DNA of 64,000 nt from Candidatus Ozemobacteraceae bacterium (GTDB taxonomy: Bacteria; Muiribacteriota; Ozemobacteria; Ozemobacterales; Ozemobacteraceae), in the NCBI GenBank assembly GCA_035373905.1, contig DAOSOK010000013.1, positions 51,579-115,578 of the forward strand. Reading direction: 5' to 3'. A model generated the notes under the pieces. That model searched no databases. It was not told the origin of the DNA and saw nothing but the letters and a program-made list of their open reading frames with translations. Position 1 is the first letter of the stretch; every line of letters begins with the position of its first letter. Position numbers and translations under genes: made by a program. Positions 18,475-29,200 of the stretch are shown piece by piece.

Positions 18475-20004
18475 TCAATGGCCGAGAGCGGTCGGGAAAC
18501 TTCGAAGCATGTAGATCAGCGAAGGACCGATCAGCCACACGAAGATGCTCGGGAAGACGAAGACGACGAGCGGAATGAGAAGCTTGACCGGGAGCTGGTT
18601 GACACGCTCTTCGGCCTGGATCATCCGTTGATACCGCATCTGCTCGGCCTGGGCGCGGAGGGTGGGCCCGATTTCCGCGCCGAGGCGCTGTGCCTGGATC
18701 AGCGAACTGACGAAGGCGAAGAACGACAGCACCTGGACCCGGTCGGCCATCTCGGTCAGGGCCTCCTCGAGACTTTTCCCGTATTTGATGTCCGCCAGGA
18801 ACATCTGGAACTCGATGACGATGTCCGTCGGGCGGGATTTTTCGACGATCTTCTGCATGCCGCCGATCAGATCGAGACCGGCTTCGATCGACAGCGACAG
18901 GAGGTCGATCGCGTAGGGAAGCTCGTATTCGATGTTCTGCTGCCGCTTTCGGATCAATTGCGCAAGATACATTTTCGGCAGATAGAATCCGATCGGAAGC
19001 AGCACGATGAGAAACACGATTCCAAGGGCGCCGAACCGCAGGGGATTGAACAGGAAGAGAACGACGAGCACGAGGAGAACGGCGACAAGCTGTTGGACAG
19101 ACATGAACTCGTTTACCGAGAGGTCGCCGGGGTTCCCGGCGGCGCCAAGCAGATAGCGAAGTTCATCGCGCATGCGGTTGATGAGATTGCCCCCCAGGGC
19201 TTCGTTCACGCCGGCGAGCGGTCGCAGGATCACCTTGAGAATGGACCAGCGGCCCGCCTTTTTCTTCGGATCGTTGGCGACCGCCATCTGATCTTCCGGA
19301 TCGGGCATGATGCTGCTTGTCATGCGATTGATGAAGATAAGCCCAAGGATCGACGAAAGCAGGGAGGCGATGAGAACCAGCTGTCCGAGCGGATTGTCGA
19401 TGAGCGGCACGATATACGACGGGTGCCAGATGAAAATGAGGCCCGCGAAAACCAGCGGGAGAATTCCGATCAGGTTGCCGGAAATCCGCGCATGCGCCGT
19501 GCCGGCGACGATTTTCCCCATGATGCGCTTGCGCTCAGCGATGGTGATGACGATCTGTTTGTACAGATCTTCGAGGTTGCCGCCGGTATCCTGCTGGAAA
19601 ATCGTGGCGTTGATCGCGAGTCTGAGATCAGGGCTGTTCACGCGCCTCGCGAGGTTTCCGAGAGCCTCGACCATCGAAACGCCGAGGCGGCGCTCCTGGA
19701 CCAGCTTCTGAAACTCGTCGCACATCGGCGAGGGGGTCGAGACGGCCACCAACTCGAAGGCCTGATCAAGGTTGCGACCGGCCTTGAGAGCGGAGTTGAT
19801 CATCAGGAGCGCCTCGATCAGCTGATCGTCGAAACTCGCTCTCATGATGTCCTGCAGGAAGGTTCTCTTCTTGCCGTCGGCCGGCCCCTTCGACCTCCGT
19901 CGGTGCATCGACTCGTCCACCTGCTGTTCGAGGAACAGGTAGATCCCGACGACGAGCACGAGGATTCCCATCACCGCAACCAGGGTTTCTTGATTGAGAG
20001 CCAT
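18475..20004 (-). CDS. tadB: Tad/T2SS inner-membrane platform protein (T2SSF/GspF-TadB/C family), 509 aa, apparently both halves fused
   Basis: Two repeated T2SSF-type blocks with TM helices. The C-terminal end LIPLVVFVFPSIFVWLIGPSLIYMLRSF is characteristic of TadB/TadC/GspF. Directly upstream of the CpaF ATPase gene. Confidence 0.8.
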   Translation of the reverse strand: MALNQETLVAVMGILVLVVGIYLFLEQQVDESMHRRRSKGPADGKKRTFLQDIMRASFDDQLIEALLMINSALKAGRNLDQAFELVAVSTPSPMCDEFQKLVQERRLGVSMVEALGNLARRVNSPDLRLAINATIFQQDTGGNLEDLYKQIVITIAERKRIMGKIVAGTAHARISGNLIGILPLVFAGLIFIWHPSYIVPLIDNPLGQLVLIASLLSSILGLIFINRMTSSIMPDPEDQMAVANDPKKKAGRWSILKVILRPLAGVNEALGGNLINRMRDELRYLLGAAGNPGDLSVNEFMSVQQLVAVLLVLVVLFLFNPLRFGALGIVFLIVLLPIGFYLPKMYLAQLIRKRQQNIEYELPYAIDLLSLSIEAGLDLIGGMQKIVEKSRPTDIVIEFQMFLADIKYGKSLEEALTEMADRVQVLSFFAFVSSLIQAQRLGAEIGPTLRAQAEQMRYQRMIQAEERVNQLPVKLLIPLVVFVFPSIFVWLIGPSLIYMLRSFPTALGH

Positions 20005-20035
20005 AGATCCTCCTTAGGAACTTCCACTCATACGG

Positions 20036-22087
20036 TTACTTTTCGATTTTGAACAAACCGCCGACACGCTCGATCAGCCGCCCCGGGCACTCCCTGATGA
20101 AGAGCGGAACGTAGCCCGTCGGCAGCATTTCTCCGAACACCCGGCCGTCTTCGCCGATCCATTTCTTGTCAAATTTGAAGATGGTCTCGAGCTGGATCGA
20201 CACGTCCTGCATCCCGACCACTTCCGATATCTCGATGACGCGCCGCGTCCCGTCGGAGAGACGAGCGGTCTGAATGACGATGTTGACCGCGCTCGCGATC
20301 TGCTCCCGAACGGCGCGCAGGGGAAGGTCGACGCCCGCCATCAGAACCATCGTTTCGAGGCGGGCCAGGGCATCGCGTGAGGAGTTGGCGTGAAGCGTCG
20401 TCAGCGACCCCTCGTGGCCGGTATTCATGGCCTGGAGCATATCGAGCGCCTCTTCGCCGCGGCACTCCCCAACGATGATCCGGTCGGGGCGCATGCGAAG
20501 GGCGTTTCGAACCAGATCGCGAATCGTCACCTGGGTCTTCGCCTCACCAGCCTGCTGCCGGGCCTCGAGCCGTCCGAGGTTTTCCTGGGCGAGCCGCAGT
20601 TCGGCGGAGTCCTCGATGCAGATCACGCGTTCGTCGGGCTGCGTATTCATCGAGAGAACGTTCAGTAGCGTCGTCTTCCCGGAGCTCGCGCCCCCCGATA
20701 CGATGATGTTCCTGCGCATCTTCACGCAGAGCTTGAGAAACTCGGCTACGGAGGGCGTGAACGCCTTGAACCGGAACACGAGATCGTCGAGGCTGTAGGG
20801 CGTACTCGAGAATTTGCGGATCGTCAGCATCGGGCCCGTCAGCGAGAGCGGCGGAATGATCGCATGGACGCGCGAGCCGTCCGCGAGGCGGGCATCGACG
20901 AAGGGATTCCGCTCGTTGACCGTCCTGCCGATCGGCATGAGAATACGATCGATGACGGTCTTCACCTGGTCGGTATTGCTGAACGATTTCCCCGACAGTT
21001 GCAGTTTTCCCCGCTTCTCGATGAAAATTTTCGAAGGCCCGTTCACCATGATCTCGTCCACGTCGGGATCGCGGATGAAGTCTTCCAGGGGCCCCAACCC
21101 GAGAATGTCGTCCAGCAGGGCTTTTTTCAGCTCCGCGTATACGTTGCGGTTCTCGATCTGAGGCGGCGGATTCCGCTTGAAACTCAGTTCTATATTATGC
21201 TCTACTTTTTTCCGAAGCTCCTGGTCCGTCATCCCGAAGCGCTTTTCGAGTGTGGAGATGATCTCGCTTCTGATCGACCGCTGGTATTCGACCAGGACTT
21301 CGTCGACGGGAGGCACGACCTCCTGCTCGTCGGGCCGGATTCGCTCCGCGGCCTGGTTTTCCATCGCCTTCTCGGCGAGTTTCGCGATGGCCTCGTCGAG
21401 ATGCTTGTCGCCCGCGGCGCTTTCGACCGCGCTTCCCATCGGAAGGAGGAACTCGCGCGCATGAAGTTTCGATTCGGTGTCCTCGGTCTCGGTATCGACC
21501 ATGTTCCGAACCATGATGACCCGGTTCGTAAAGTTTGGCCATTTGCCGACTTCGATCAGGAACCGTTTCGCGAGTTCCGGGGAGCCGTCCTGTGCCGCGT
21601 AGAGATAATATATCACATCGGATGCCAGCAGAACCGCCTGGGGAAAGGGCGTCATGAAGAGCGTCAGATCGATGACGGCATAGGCGTTTCGCTGGGAGAG
21701 GCATCGCAACAGGCGATCCATGGCGGGACCGAGATCGGCTTCGTTCACGATGAATCCGGCACCGAGCGGCTCGTTCGGGCGAATGCCGGTGAAGGGCATC
21801 AACCAGAGGCCGTCCCGTTCGCTGAATTTCTCTGCGACGTTTTCCGGCGTCAAGCCGGTCCAGTCGCTCTTGAAATACTCCATGAACGACATGCCCGAGC
21901 TTTCAGCGAGATCGTATTTCGCGACGATCGCCGAGGGAGCGAACCAGTTACACTCGATGAAGGCGACGTTCCGCCCGCTTCGCTGACGAAGCGCCCGGGA
22001 AAATCGGAGGGCGGTCGAACTCTTGCCGATTCCTCCCTGGAAACTCGTGAAAACAAACACTTCGGCACGCGGTCCGGCGTTTGCCAT
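20036..22087 (-). CDS. cpaF: CpaE-like (MinD/ParA-fold, deviant Walker A) domain fused to a CpaF/TadA secretion ATPase (VirB11 superfamily)
   Basis: N-terminus VFVFTSFQGGIGKSSTALRFS ... VIDLTLFMTP ... IMVRNMVD is CpaE-like. C-terminus has Walker A VSGGASSGKTTLLNVLS, VICIEDSAELRL, and the CpaF signature RMRPDRIIVGECRGEEALDMLQAMNTGHEGSLTTLHANSSRDALARL. AGGAGAGG RBS before ATG 22087; an upstream ATG at 22111 is also in frame. Confidence 0.85.
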   Translation of the reverse strand: MANAGPRAEVFVFTSFQGGIGKSSTALRFSRALRQRSGRNVAFIECNWFAPSAIVAKYDLAESSGMSFMEYFKSDWTGLTPENVAEKFSERDGLWLMPFTGIRPNEPLGAGFIVNEADLGPAMDRLLRCLSQRNAYAVIDLTLFMTPFPQAVLLASDVIYYLYAAQDGSPELAKRFLIEVGKWPNFTNRVIMVRNMVDTETEDTESKLHAREFLLPMGSAVESAAGDKHLDEAIAKLAEKAMENQAAERIRPDEQEVVPPVDEVLVEYQRSIRSEIISTLEKRFGMTDQELRKKVEHNIELSFKRNPPPQIENRNVYAELKKALLDDILGLGPLEDFIRDPDVDEIMVNGPSKIFIEKRGKLQLSGKSFSNTDQVKTVIDRILMPIGRTVNERNPFVDARLADGSRVHAIIPPLSLTGPMLTIRKFSSTPYSLDDLVFRFKAFTPSVAEFLKLCVKMRRNIIVSGGASSGKTTLLNVLSMNTQPDERVICIEDSAELRLAQENLGRLEARQQAGEAKTQVTIRDLVRNALRMRPDRIIVGECRGEEALDMLQAMNTGHEGSLTTLHANSSRDALARLETMVLMAGVDLPLRAVREQIASAVNIVIQTARLSDGTRRVIEISEVVGMQDVSIQLETIFKFDKKWIGEDGRVFGEMLPTGYVPLFIRECPGRLIERVGGLFKIEK

Positions 22088-22287
22088 ATCCTCTCCTGAC
22101 ACTGATTTCACGCGTATTAGATCACAGCCGTCTGCGGACTGTCAATGTACGGGGAAGACCAAGGAACGTCTCACATTACTATTGCCGGAGCGTTGAGTCA
22201 ATCGATGCGTTCCGCCAAAAGCGTCATGCCTGATGTCGATACCGGCGTTGAACGGATACTCACTTCGGAGTATCATCGGATCACGCC

Positions 22288-23217
22288 ATGGCAACGAACA
22301 TGCAGACGGCCGTTTCGGTCGATTCCCTGACGAAGAGCTTCGGAAAACACGAAGCCGTGAAGGGCATCTCGTTCGACGTCGCTGCGGGAACGATCTTCGG
22401 CTTCCTCGGCCCCAACGGCGCCGGCAAGACGACGACCATGCGGATGATCACGGGCATGCTCGCCCCCACGTCAGGCCGCATCACCATCGCAGGCCTCGAC
22501 ATGCCCGACCGGCGCGATGCGATCAAAGCCTTGATCGGCGTCGTCCCGGACCACCAGAACCTGTACGACCGCCTGACCGCGCGCAGACAGCTTCGCCTCT
22601 TCGCCGATCTCACCGGAGCCGCGCCGGCACGCGTCGACGAAGTCATTTCGCTCGTCGGCCTCGGTGAGTATGCCGACATCCCTACCGTCAGACTCAGCAG
22701 AGGCTGGCGGCAGCGTGTCCTTATCGCGCGCGGTCTGCTCCATCATCCGAAGGTGTTTTTCCTCGACGAACCGACGTCCGCGCTCGATCCCCAGTCCGCC
22801 ATCTCGATCAGGGGCGTCGTCAGGCGTCTTCGCGACGAAGGCACGACTATTTTCCTGACGACGCATTACATGGAAGAGGCGTCCGATCTCTGCGACCGAA
22901 TCGCGATCCTCCACGACGGCCGGATCGTGGCTTCCGACACGCCCGACAACATCCGGATGCGGTTCGGCCGCCCCCTTATCGACGTCACGCTTCGCAGCCG
23001 CGAATCCGGCCCAGACAAAACGGTTTCCCTTCCCATCGGCGGTCCCGAAACCCCGGCCAGAATCTCCGGGTGGCTCGCGGACGGTTCCGTCGTTCGCATC
23101 CACACCCAGGAAGCAACCCTGGAAGAAGCGTTTCTCCGCCTCACCGGCTCGACCTGGCACCCCCAGCCCGAAACGTTCGACGACCTGCCGAAACCGTCAC
23201 AGGCGGAACATCCATGA
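22288..23217 (+). CDS. ABC transporter ATP-binding protein
   Basis: Walker A GPNGAGKTT, ABC signature LSRGWRQR, Walker B FFLDEPTSALD, H-loop. The stop overlaps the permease ATG (ATGA). Confidence 0.85.
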   Translation: MATNMQTAVSVDSLTKSFGKHEAVKGISFDVAAGTIFGFLGPNGAGKTTTMRMITGMLAPTSGRITIAGLDMPDRRDAIKALIGVVPDHQNLYDRLTARRQLRLFADLTGAAPARVDEVISLVGLGEYADIPTVRLSRGWRQRVLIARGLLHHPKVFFLDEPTSALDPQSAISIRGVVRRLRDEGTTIFLTTHYMEEASDLCDRIAILHDGRIVASDTPDNIRMRFGRPLIDVTLRSRESGPDKTVSLPIGGPETPARISGWLADGSVVRIHTQEATLEEAFLRLTGSTWHPQPETFDDLPKPSQAEHP

Positions 23218-24293
23218 ACCCGCGACGCATCTTCGCCCTGTTCAAGAAAGACCTTCTCGACGCCTCACGCAATTACCACGTGCTTTTGCTCGTCGCCACG
23301 CCGATCATTCTCTCCCTCCTCTTCTCGAATCTCTTTTCGGAAAGCCGCTCCAACACGATGATGCCCCGCGTCGGCGTCCTCGCCCCGGGCGGAAGTCCGC
23401 TTCTCGAAAAGCTGCAGCCGAAAGAGTTCGGAATCCGCCTCGTGAGCTTTTCCTCGCGCGATGAAATGGAGTCCCGCATCGCCGAAGGGGACGTGAGCTT
23501 CGGCCTTGTCCTTCCGTCCGTTCTCCCGCAGGCGTCGGGCCCTCGGAACCTGCCGAAGCTCACCATGATCTACCCCGTTGAAACGCCTGAATATGCCGTG
23601 GAACGGTTCCGCAGCACGCTCGAGGGAGAGTTGCGCAAATTTCTCGGAAAGCCGGCTCCGCCGCTTCCGATCGAGCTATCCTTCGAACCCATCGGCGGCA
23701 CATCTGCCAAACAGCGCAGTTTCGGCGGGGACATGCTCCCCATGCTCATCCTGATGGCGATGGGCATGATCGGGCTTCTCGCCCTCCCCCTCTCGTTTGC
23801 CGAGGAGCGCGAGAGACGCACCCTCGATGCCCTGTTCCTGACGCCGACCACCACGACGGAATTGATCGTCGGCAAATGCCTCTTCAGCTTCGTTCTCCAG
23901 CACGTCACGGTCCTCGCCATGGTCGCCCTGAACGGGCGCTGGGACGGAAACCAGCCGTATTTCTGGCTGTTCGTCTCGCTTGGAAGCTTGATGTTTTTGC
24001 TCGTGGGGCTGTTCGTTGCGGCCGTCGCAGAAACCCAGGCGTCCGTCAACGCGATGGGAAGCAGCCTGTTTCTCTGCTTCCAGATGGTTCCGACCCTCAG
24101 CGCCACCAACGATCTGCTGCGCATGGCGGCGAATATCGTGCCTTCGACCTACGTCCTTCGGGGAATCCGCAAAGCCCTGTTTCTCGATCTCTCGAAAGTC
24201 GATATCGTCGGCGACCTGCTGGTGCTGGCCGCCGTCACGGGAGTGCTGTATCTGATGACGAGGTTCGTTTTCCGCCGCATGCAGGTGGCGTGA
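23214..24293 (+). CDS. ABC-2 type exporter permease
   Basis: MNPRRIFALFKKDLLDASRN is an ABC-2 N-terminus, with a long extracytoplasmic loop then five TM helices. Translationally coupled to the ATPase. Confidence 0.7.
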   Translation: MNPRRIFALFKKDLLDASRNYHVLLLVATPIILSLLFSNLFSESRSNTMMPRVGVLAPGGSPLLEKLQPKEFGIRLVSFSSRDEMESRIAEGDVSFGLVLPSVLPQASGPRNLPKLTMIYPVETPEYAVERFRSTLEGELRKFLGKPAPPLPIELSFEPIGGTSAKQRSFGGDMLPMLILMAMGMIGLLALPLSFAEERERRTLDALFLTPTTTTELIVGKCLFSFVLQHVTVLAMVALNGRWDGNQPYFWLFVSLGSLMFLLVGLFVAAVAETQASVNAMGSSLFLCFQMVPTLSATNDLLRMAANIVPSTYVLRGIRKALFLDLSKVDIVGDLLVLAAVTGVLYLMTRFVFRRMQVA

Positions 24294-24373
24294 TCGTCTT
24301 GCAAAGAGAAGGGATTCAGGGTTATCCTTCGGAGCCACTCCATCAACAAGGTGTCTAGCAACAGCGATTTCTC

Positions 24374-26089
24374 ATGGAAAAAGTCAATTTCGACGACATA
24401 GTACGAAATCTCATGGTCTTCCTGAAAGGCCAGGTGCCGTCCCTGCAGTCAAAGCACTCACGGGACGACCTCGTGCACCAAATCCAAAACATCGTTTACA
24501 CGCTGAGAACGTTCCTCATCCAGCTCGAAGCAGCCTCTTCCTCGGATCCGCGCAAGACCCCCGAATACCAGAGCGCGCTACAGGAAATCGAGGGATTCAA
24601 GAAAACCAACGCCCGTCTCGAGGAATCCCTCTTCCTCGAGATGAGCAAACATCAGAAACTGACGGCCGAGATCGACAAACAGGCTGTTCTGCTCAAGGAT
24701 CGCGACCAGACTATCGCCCAGCTCAACAACGAGATCGCCGCGTTGCAGCGCCAGATCGGCGAACTCCAGAACAGGCCGGCGACCGAGGTGCAGAGCGCCG
24801 TTCTCGAGGCCCAGCAGGCGGCCCACGAGCAAGAAAAGGCCGCGTTCGCCGAAGAGAGAGCCCGCCTGGAAGCGGCGGCGGCCGAGGCCGCCTCGAAAGC
24901 GCAGTCTGCGACGGAAGAATTGATCCGGCTGTCGACCGAACTGAACAAGGTTCGCGATGAGTATGACCGCGCGACCCAGCGCCTCGACGAACTGCAGAGC
25001 CTCACCGAAACCATCGACCGCGAACGTCAGATGAAAGAGCGCGCAGAGCAGGCTCTCGGCGCCGCGAAGCTCGAGTTCAACCAGGAGCGGGAGCAGCTCG
25101 CCGCGGAAATCGAGAAGTATCGCAAGGACTATGAGGAACTGAAAAACCAGCCCCTCAAGGACCAGGACACCTATCGCAAGATCATCAAGGCGCTCCAGGA
25201 AAAGATCGACAAGCTCCAGCGCACCCTGCACAGCGGACCCGCGGGAGATGCAATTCAGAACATCCAGGCGGCAGCGGAGGCCCGGATCAAGGCGCTCGAA
25301 ATGGCCCTCGCCGAGGCGAAGTGCCAGATCGAGCTCGGCACGCCGGTCTCACCCGAAAAATTTGAAAACCTCACCCGCGAAAACAACGAACTCCAGCAAC
25401 GGATCATCGATCTCGAAGCGACCGTGCGGCGGCTCCTGGCCACCCAGGAACACGCGCAGAGCGGCCAGAACGAAGGCCTCTCGAGCGGTTTCCGGTGCGA
25501 CGAAATCATCCTGTTTTTCGAAGTGCTGACGACGCTCATCGCGAAGCTGGGCACAGCGCCCGAAAACCGCGATCTCCGGCAGAAGGCGGAAAAGGCATTC
25601 GCCGTCCTCGAGAAGACGCACGCGGTCGAGCCCGTCTCGTCACTCGGCCGAATGTATGAAGAGAAGATGCACAAGGTCGTCAAATCCTTCATCGCGCCGT
25701 TCCTCGACGACGGCATGATCGTCAACGAGATCAGCCGCGGGTATCTCTCGGGCGACCAGATCATCCAGCGCGCAGTCGTTTGGGTGGCGAAATCCCGTTT
25801 CCAGTGCTCGGATTGCGGCTCGCCGTCGAGGCCACAAGATAATTTCTGCCCCAAGTGCGGCCTCGAACTCTGCGCCCCCGACGGAACGCCGAAACGCCGG
25901 CTGCCTCAGCTTCCCACCGATCCGGAGATCGGCATCCAGCTTCTCGATATTCTTATCGAACGGCGCCAGATCAAGGCGATGCAAGGCCTTCTCTCGCATC
26001 TCATGATGGCGAATCCCGGCCATAACGGCCTTCTGATCCGCAACAAGCAGATCACCCAGATCCTTTCGGAATTGCCGCCGGAAGACTAA
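24374..26089 (+). CDS. long coiled-coil protein with C-terminal zinc ribbon
   Basis: About 350 aa of heptad-rich E/Q/K/A sequence, then CSDCGSPSRPQDNFCPKCGLELC (CxxC...CxxC). Confidence 0.5.
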   Translation: MEKVNFDDIVRNLMVFLKGQVPSLQSKHSRDDLVHQIQNIVYTLRTFLIQLEAASSSDPRKTPEYQSALQEIEGFKKTNARLEESLFLEMSKHQKLTAEIDKQAVLLKDRDQTIAQLNNEIAALQRQIGELQNRPATEVQSAVLEAQQAAHEQEKAAFAEERARLEAAAAEAASKAQSATEELIRLSTELNKVRDEYDRATQRLDELQSLTETIDRERQMKERAEQALGAAKLEFNQEREQLAAEIEKYRKDYEELKNQPLKDQDTYRKIIKALQEKIDKLQRTLHSGPAGDAIQNIQAAAEARIKALEMALAEAKCQIELGTPVSPEKFENLTRENNELQQRIIDLEATVRRLLATQEHAQSGQNEGLSSGFRCDEIILFFEVLTTLIAKLGTAPENRDLRQKAEKAFAVLEKTHAVEPVSSLGRMYEEKMHKVVKSFIAPFLDDGMIVNEISRGYLSGDQIIQRAVVWVAKSRFQCSDCGSPSRPQDNFCPKCGLELCAPDGTPKRRLPQLPTDPEIGIQLLDILIERRQIKAMQGLLSHLMMANPGHNGLLIRNKQITQILSELPPED

Positions 26090-26115
26090 GACTCGACAGA
26101 ACGGAGACCGGCCAC

Positions 26116-26283
26116 ATGTCGGACATCGAACAGAATTCTGATGCGAACCAGCTGACGACTCCCGAAGGGCATCGGGGCCCGTCCCTCGGCGATCAGATCG
26201 AGGAACTCGAAAACCGGTTTCCCTGGGGAATCATCGGTTTTCTCGGCGCCTGGGCGTATCTTCTGCTGACCTACTGGCTCTGA
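26116..26283 (+). CDS. possible 55-aa small membrane protein
   Basis: ATG with GGAG 9 nt upstream. Single C-terminal TM WGIIGFLGAWAYLLLTYWL. Not in the supplied ORF track (below the length cutoff). Confidence 0.25.
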   Translation: MSDIEQNSDANQLTTPEGHRGPSLGDQIEELENRFPWGIIGFLGAWAYLLLTYWL

Positions 26284-26289
26284 GTTTCG

Positions 26290-29200
26290 TCAGGGACGCT
26301 GGTCGAGAAGCCAGGCCTGTACCCTGTTCACGACGTTCTGGAGCGTCAGCGTCGTCTCTCCTGCGGTACCGTCCCGCCGGAAATACCGGCAGCCGTGGCC
26401 TTTCACGTCGGTGTTGACCGCGGAACCGCCGACCGTCGTCACCGGCATGCCGATCAACTGCACGCCGGCGTTCGTTCCCGACAGGTTCAGCCCCTTGATG
26501 CCGTAATCCCCCGAAACCGCCGAGTTGTACCGGTTCAGGAGCAGGCTGAGGTAAAACCGGCCGAGGGTGCGTGAGAACGGTTCGTTCGTGATGGCTTCGA
26601 TCGCCTGGTACCCGACCTTGGTGCCCGTGCTGAGGGCGCGCGTGATCTCCCTGGAGGTCGTGCCGTATCTGTTTGCCTCGGCGAGGAAGCGGACGAAGAG
26701 GTAGGAAAGTCCGTAACTTTCGATGCCGTACCAGTTCGTCAGCGACATCTTGTCGAACGCGGTCTGCGCCTGCATCATCTTGATGATCTGAGCGGTGTTC
26801 GCGTCGCCCGCCGAGATTCCATAGCCGGCGATATCTTCGGCGTATTTCGCCTCTCCCTCGGCAAGCCAGGTTTCTTCAAAACCGTTCATCGCGAGCCGTT
26901 TCTGGTAAAAGTTCACCATGTGCTGGAACTCGTGCGCGATCGTTCCGTATCGGACGACATTCGTCAGCCCGGAACTCGAATACCGCGCGTAGATGATTTT
27001 GCGCGCGTTGCTCTCGCGCAGCTGGACGTCGAGCGGGTTGTTCAGATAGAGGTCGGCGCCGTAGAACAGCCCGATGATCCCGTCTCGCATCGCGTTCGTC
27101 AGGAGGATCGTCAGGTGCGTGTCGTTGTCCGGTCCCTTCGCCGGCTCGTTGCCGTATGCGTCGCGAACCGCCGCGGCGATCCCTTCCTCGAACTTGAGCC
27201 GGATATCGGATACGAGGCCGTAATCGGGTGATCCGATCGAAGTATCGACATAGATATAGAGTTGATCGCTCGTCCCGACGCAGCGGGCCCTGATGACGTT
27301 GTTCGGAAACGCCGTCGTCGTCGCCACGTTTCCATAGGAAGTGATATAGAAGTTCCGTTCGTCGCCGACGACGACCGATGACCTGATCGACGCGGCCGGG
27401 CCGGCACCATCCACGTCCGGCATGCCGAGCGAGGCGAGCCTTCGCTCGAGTTCGCGCACGGCTGCTTCCGGCGTCGCGCCGAACGATTCCGGCAGAACGG
27501 GTTCTCCGGTCGTCACGACGTTCGGACTTATCCGGAAACTGGACGTCGCCTCGACGCCCACGACCGAAGCCAGGAGAGTTCGGCCTATCCCGAGATTCGG
27601 TACCGAGACGGCAGCGGTTTCCCCGCTCGAAAGCGTCACCGGGAAGCCGGCCGATCGGAAGTTCGTCGGAAGCGGCAGGTCAGCCGCCATCGTGAAGCCG
27701 GCCTGGACGCCGGTGATCAGCTTGTTCAGCGCCAGGTCCGTCGCCGAATTGTTGGCAAGCGAGACGATCTGGTAGGCGCCAGGCCAGAACGGCGTCGTCG
27801 GCGTCAAACGGAGGATGGACGGCGTTTCCCAGAATGTCGCGTAACTTCTCGCCGGGCTGAACGAGATCGCATTCTCCACGGACGTCTGGCTCATGGGCTC
27901 GCTGAACGTGAAGGTGATCGCCGTTCCCGTCGCGACGCCCGTCGCACCCGCCGCGGGAACGACCGAAAGGAGCGTCGGCGCCGTCGTGTCGGCGGTGATC
28001 GCCTGGAGCGTCGTGAAGCTGTTGGTCGAGGACGTCGCCGATGCCGTGCCGTCGGAAGCCCGGACCTTCCAGTAATACGTCTGACCGGCATCGAGGGCAG
28101 CCGGAACGTATGTCGGGGTCGTGAGCCCCGTGACGAGGGGCGTCGAAAGCGTACTGTTCAGCCCGAGGAACACGTCGTATGTGAGCGCATCGCCGTCCGG
28201 ATCGCTCGCCGTCCAGGAGAGCGTCGGCTGCGTGGCGACATGTGCGGCGGCGTTCGCCGGCGTGTTCAGCGTCGGTGCCAGCGGCGCCCCGTTCGCCTGC
28301 ACCGTCGTCGTGAACGTCCAGACGGAGGGGTTCGCGTTGGTCATTCCCCCGGCATCCTTGGCCACGACCTGCCATGAATATCTTGTGCCATTTTTCAGAA
28401 CGGCCGGCACGAGAAGATACTTGTAGGTGACGCCGCTGGCGACGCATGGCAGCGGGGCGGTCGTGCCCAAGAAGACGTCGTACGTCATGGCGTCGCCGTC
28501 GGGTTCCGTCGCGTCCCAGCGGAGCTGCGGCCTGGTTTCGACGCCGGTCGCCCCGTTGGCGGGATACACGGCCGCCGGGTCGCCGGGCGGGTTGTTCGGC
28601 CGGTCGTAGGTCCTGAAGCTCCAGGTGGGTCCGGTCGTCACCCCCGACCGTTCGTCCGATGCGACCACCTTCCATGAATACGTCGTGCCGAGAGCGAGAT
28701 TCTCGAGCCGCGCGACGGGGAAATTCGTGGTCGTCGCGAGCGCCGGCGCCTGCGTTCCCGTCGCGAGCCAGACCTGATAGGTGACGTGGTCGGAGGGGTC
28801 CGGGTCGCCGCCGATCCACATCAGGAGAATCGAGGGAAGCTGGCCTTGCGCCTGGTCGGCCGGGGTCGGGTTTTCGGGTGTATAGGGAAGGGTATTGTTG
28901 CCGTCGCCCGTCGTGAACTGCCACTGGGAATAATCCGCGCTGATCGCTCCTGACGTATCGCGGCAGATGACGTGCCAGATGTAGTCCTGGTAGACGGAAA
29001 GGCCGCTCACCTGCCAGTACGGAGTCGCGACGTTGCTCGCGATCAGTACCGCGGGGCTGCCCAGCTTCGATAGGAACACGTCGTAGACGAGCGCGTCGCC
29101 GTCAGGGTCGGTTGCCTGCCACCGCAGCGTCGGGGAAACGGACTGGCCGGTCGCCCCGTCTGCGGGCATCGGGGAAGTCGCTTTCAAGGGCGCCTGGTTA

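Noticed and set aside
18409-22099. Plus-strand ORFs of 547 and 411 aa opposite the Tad platform/ATPase genes
   Set aside because: Antisense shadows; minus-strand frames carry T2SSF and CpaF signatures.
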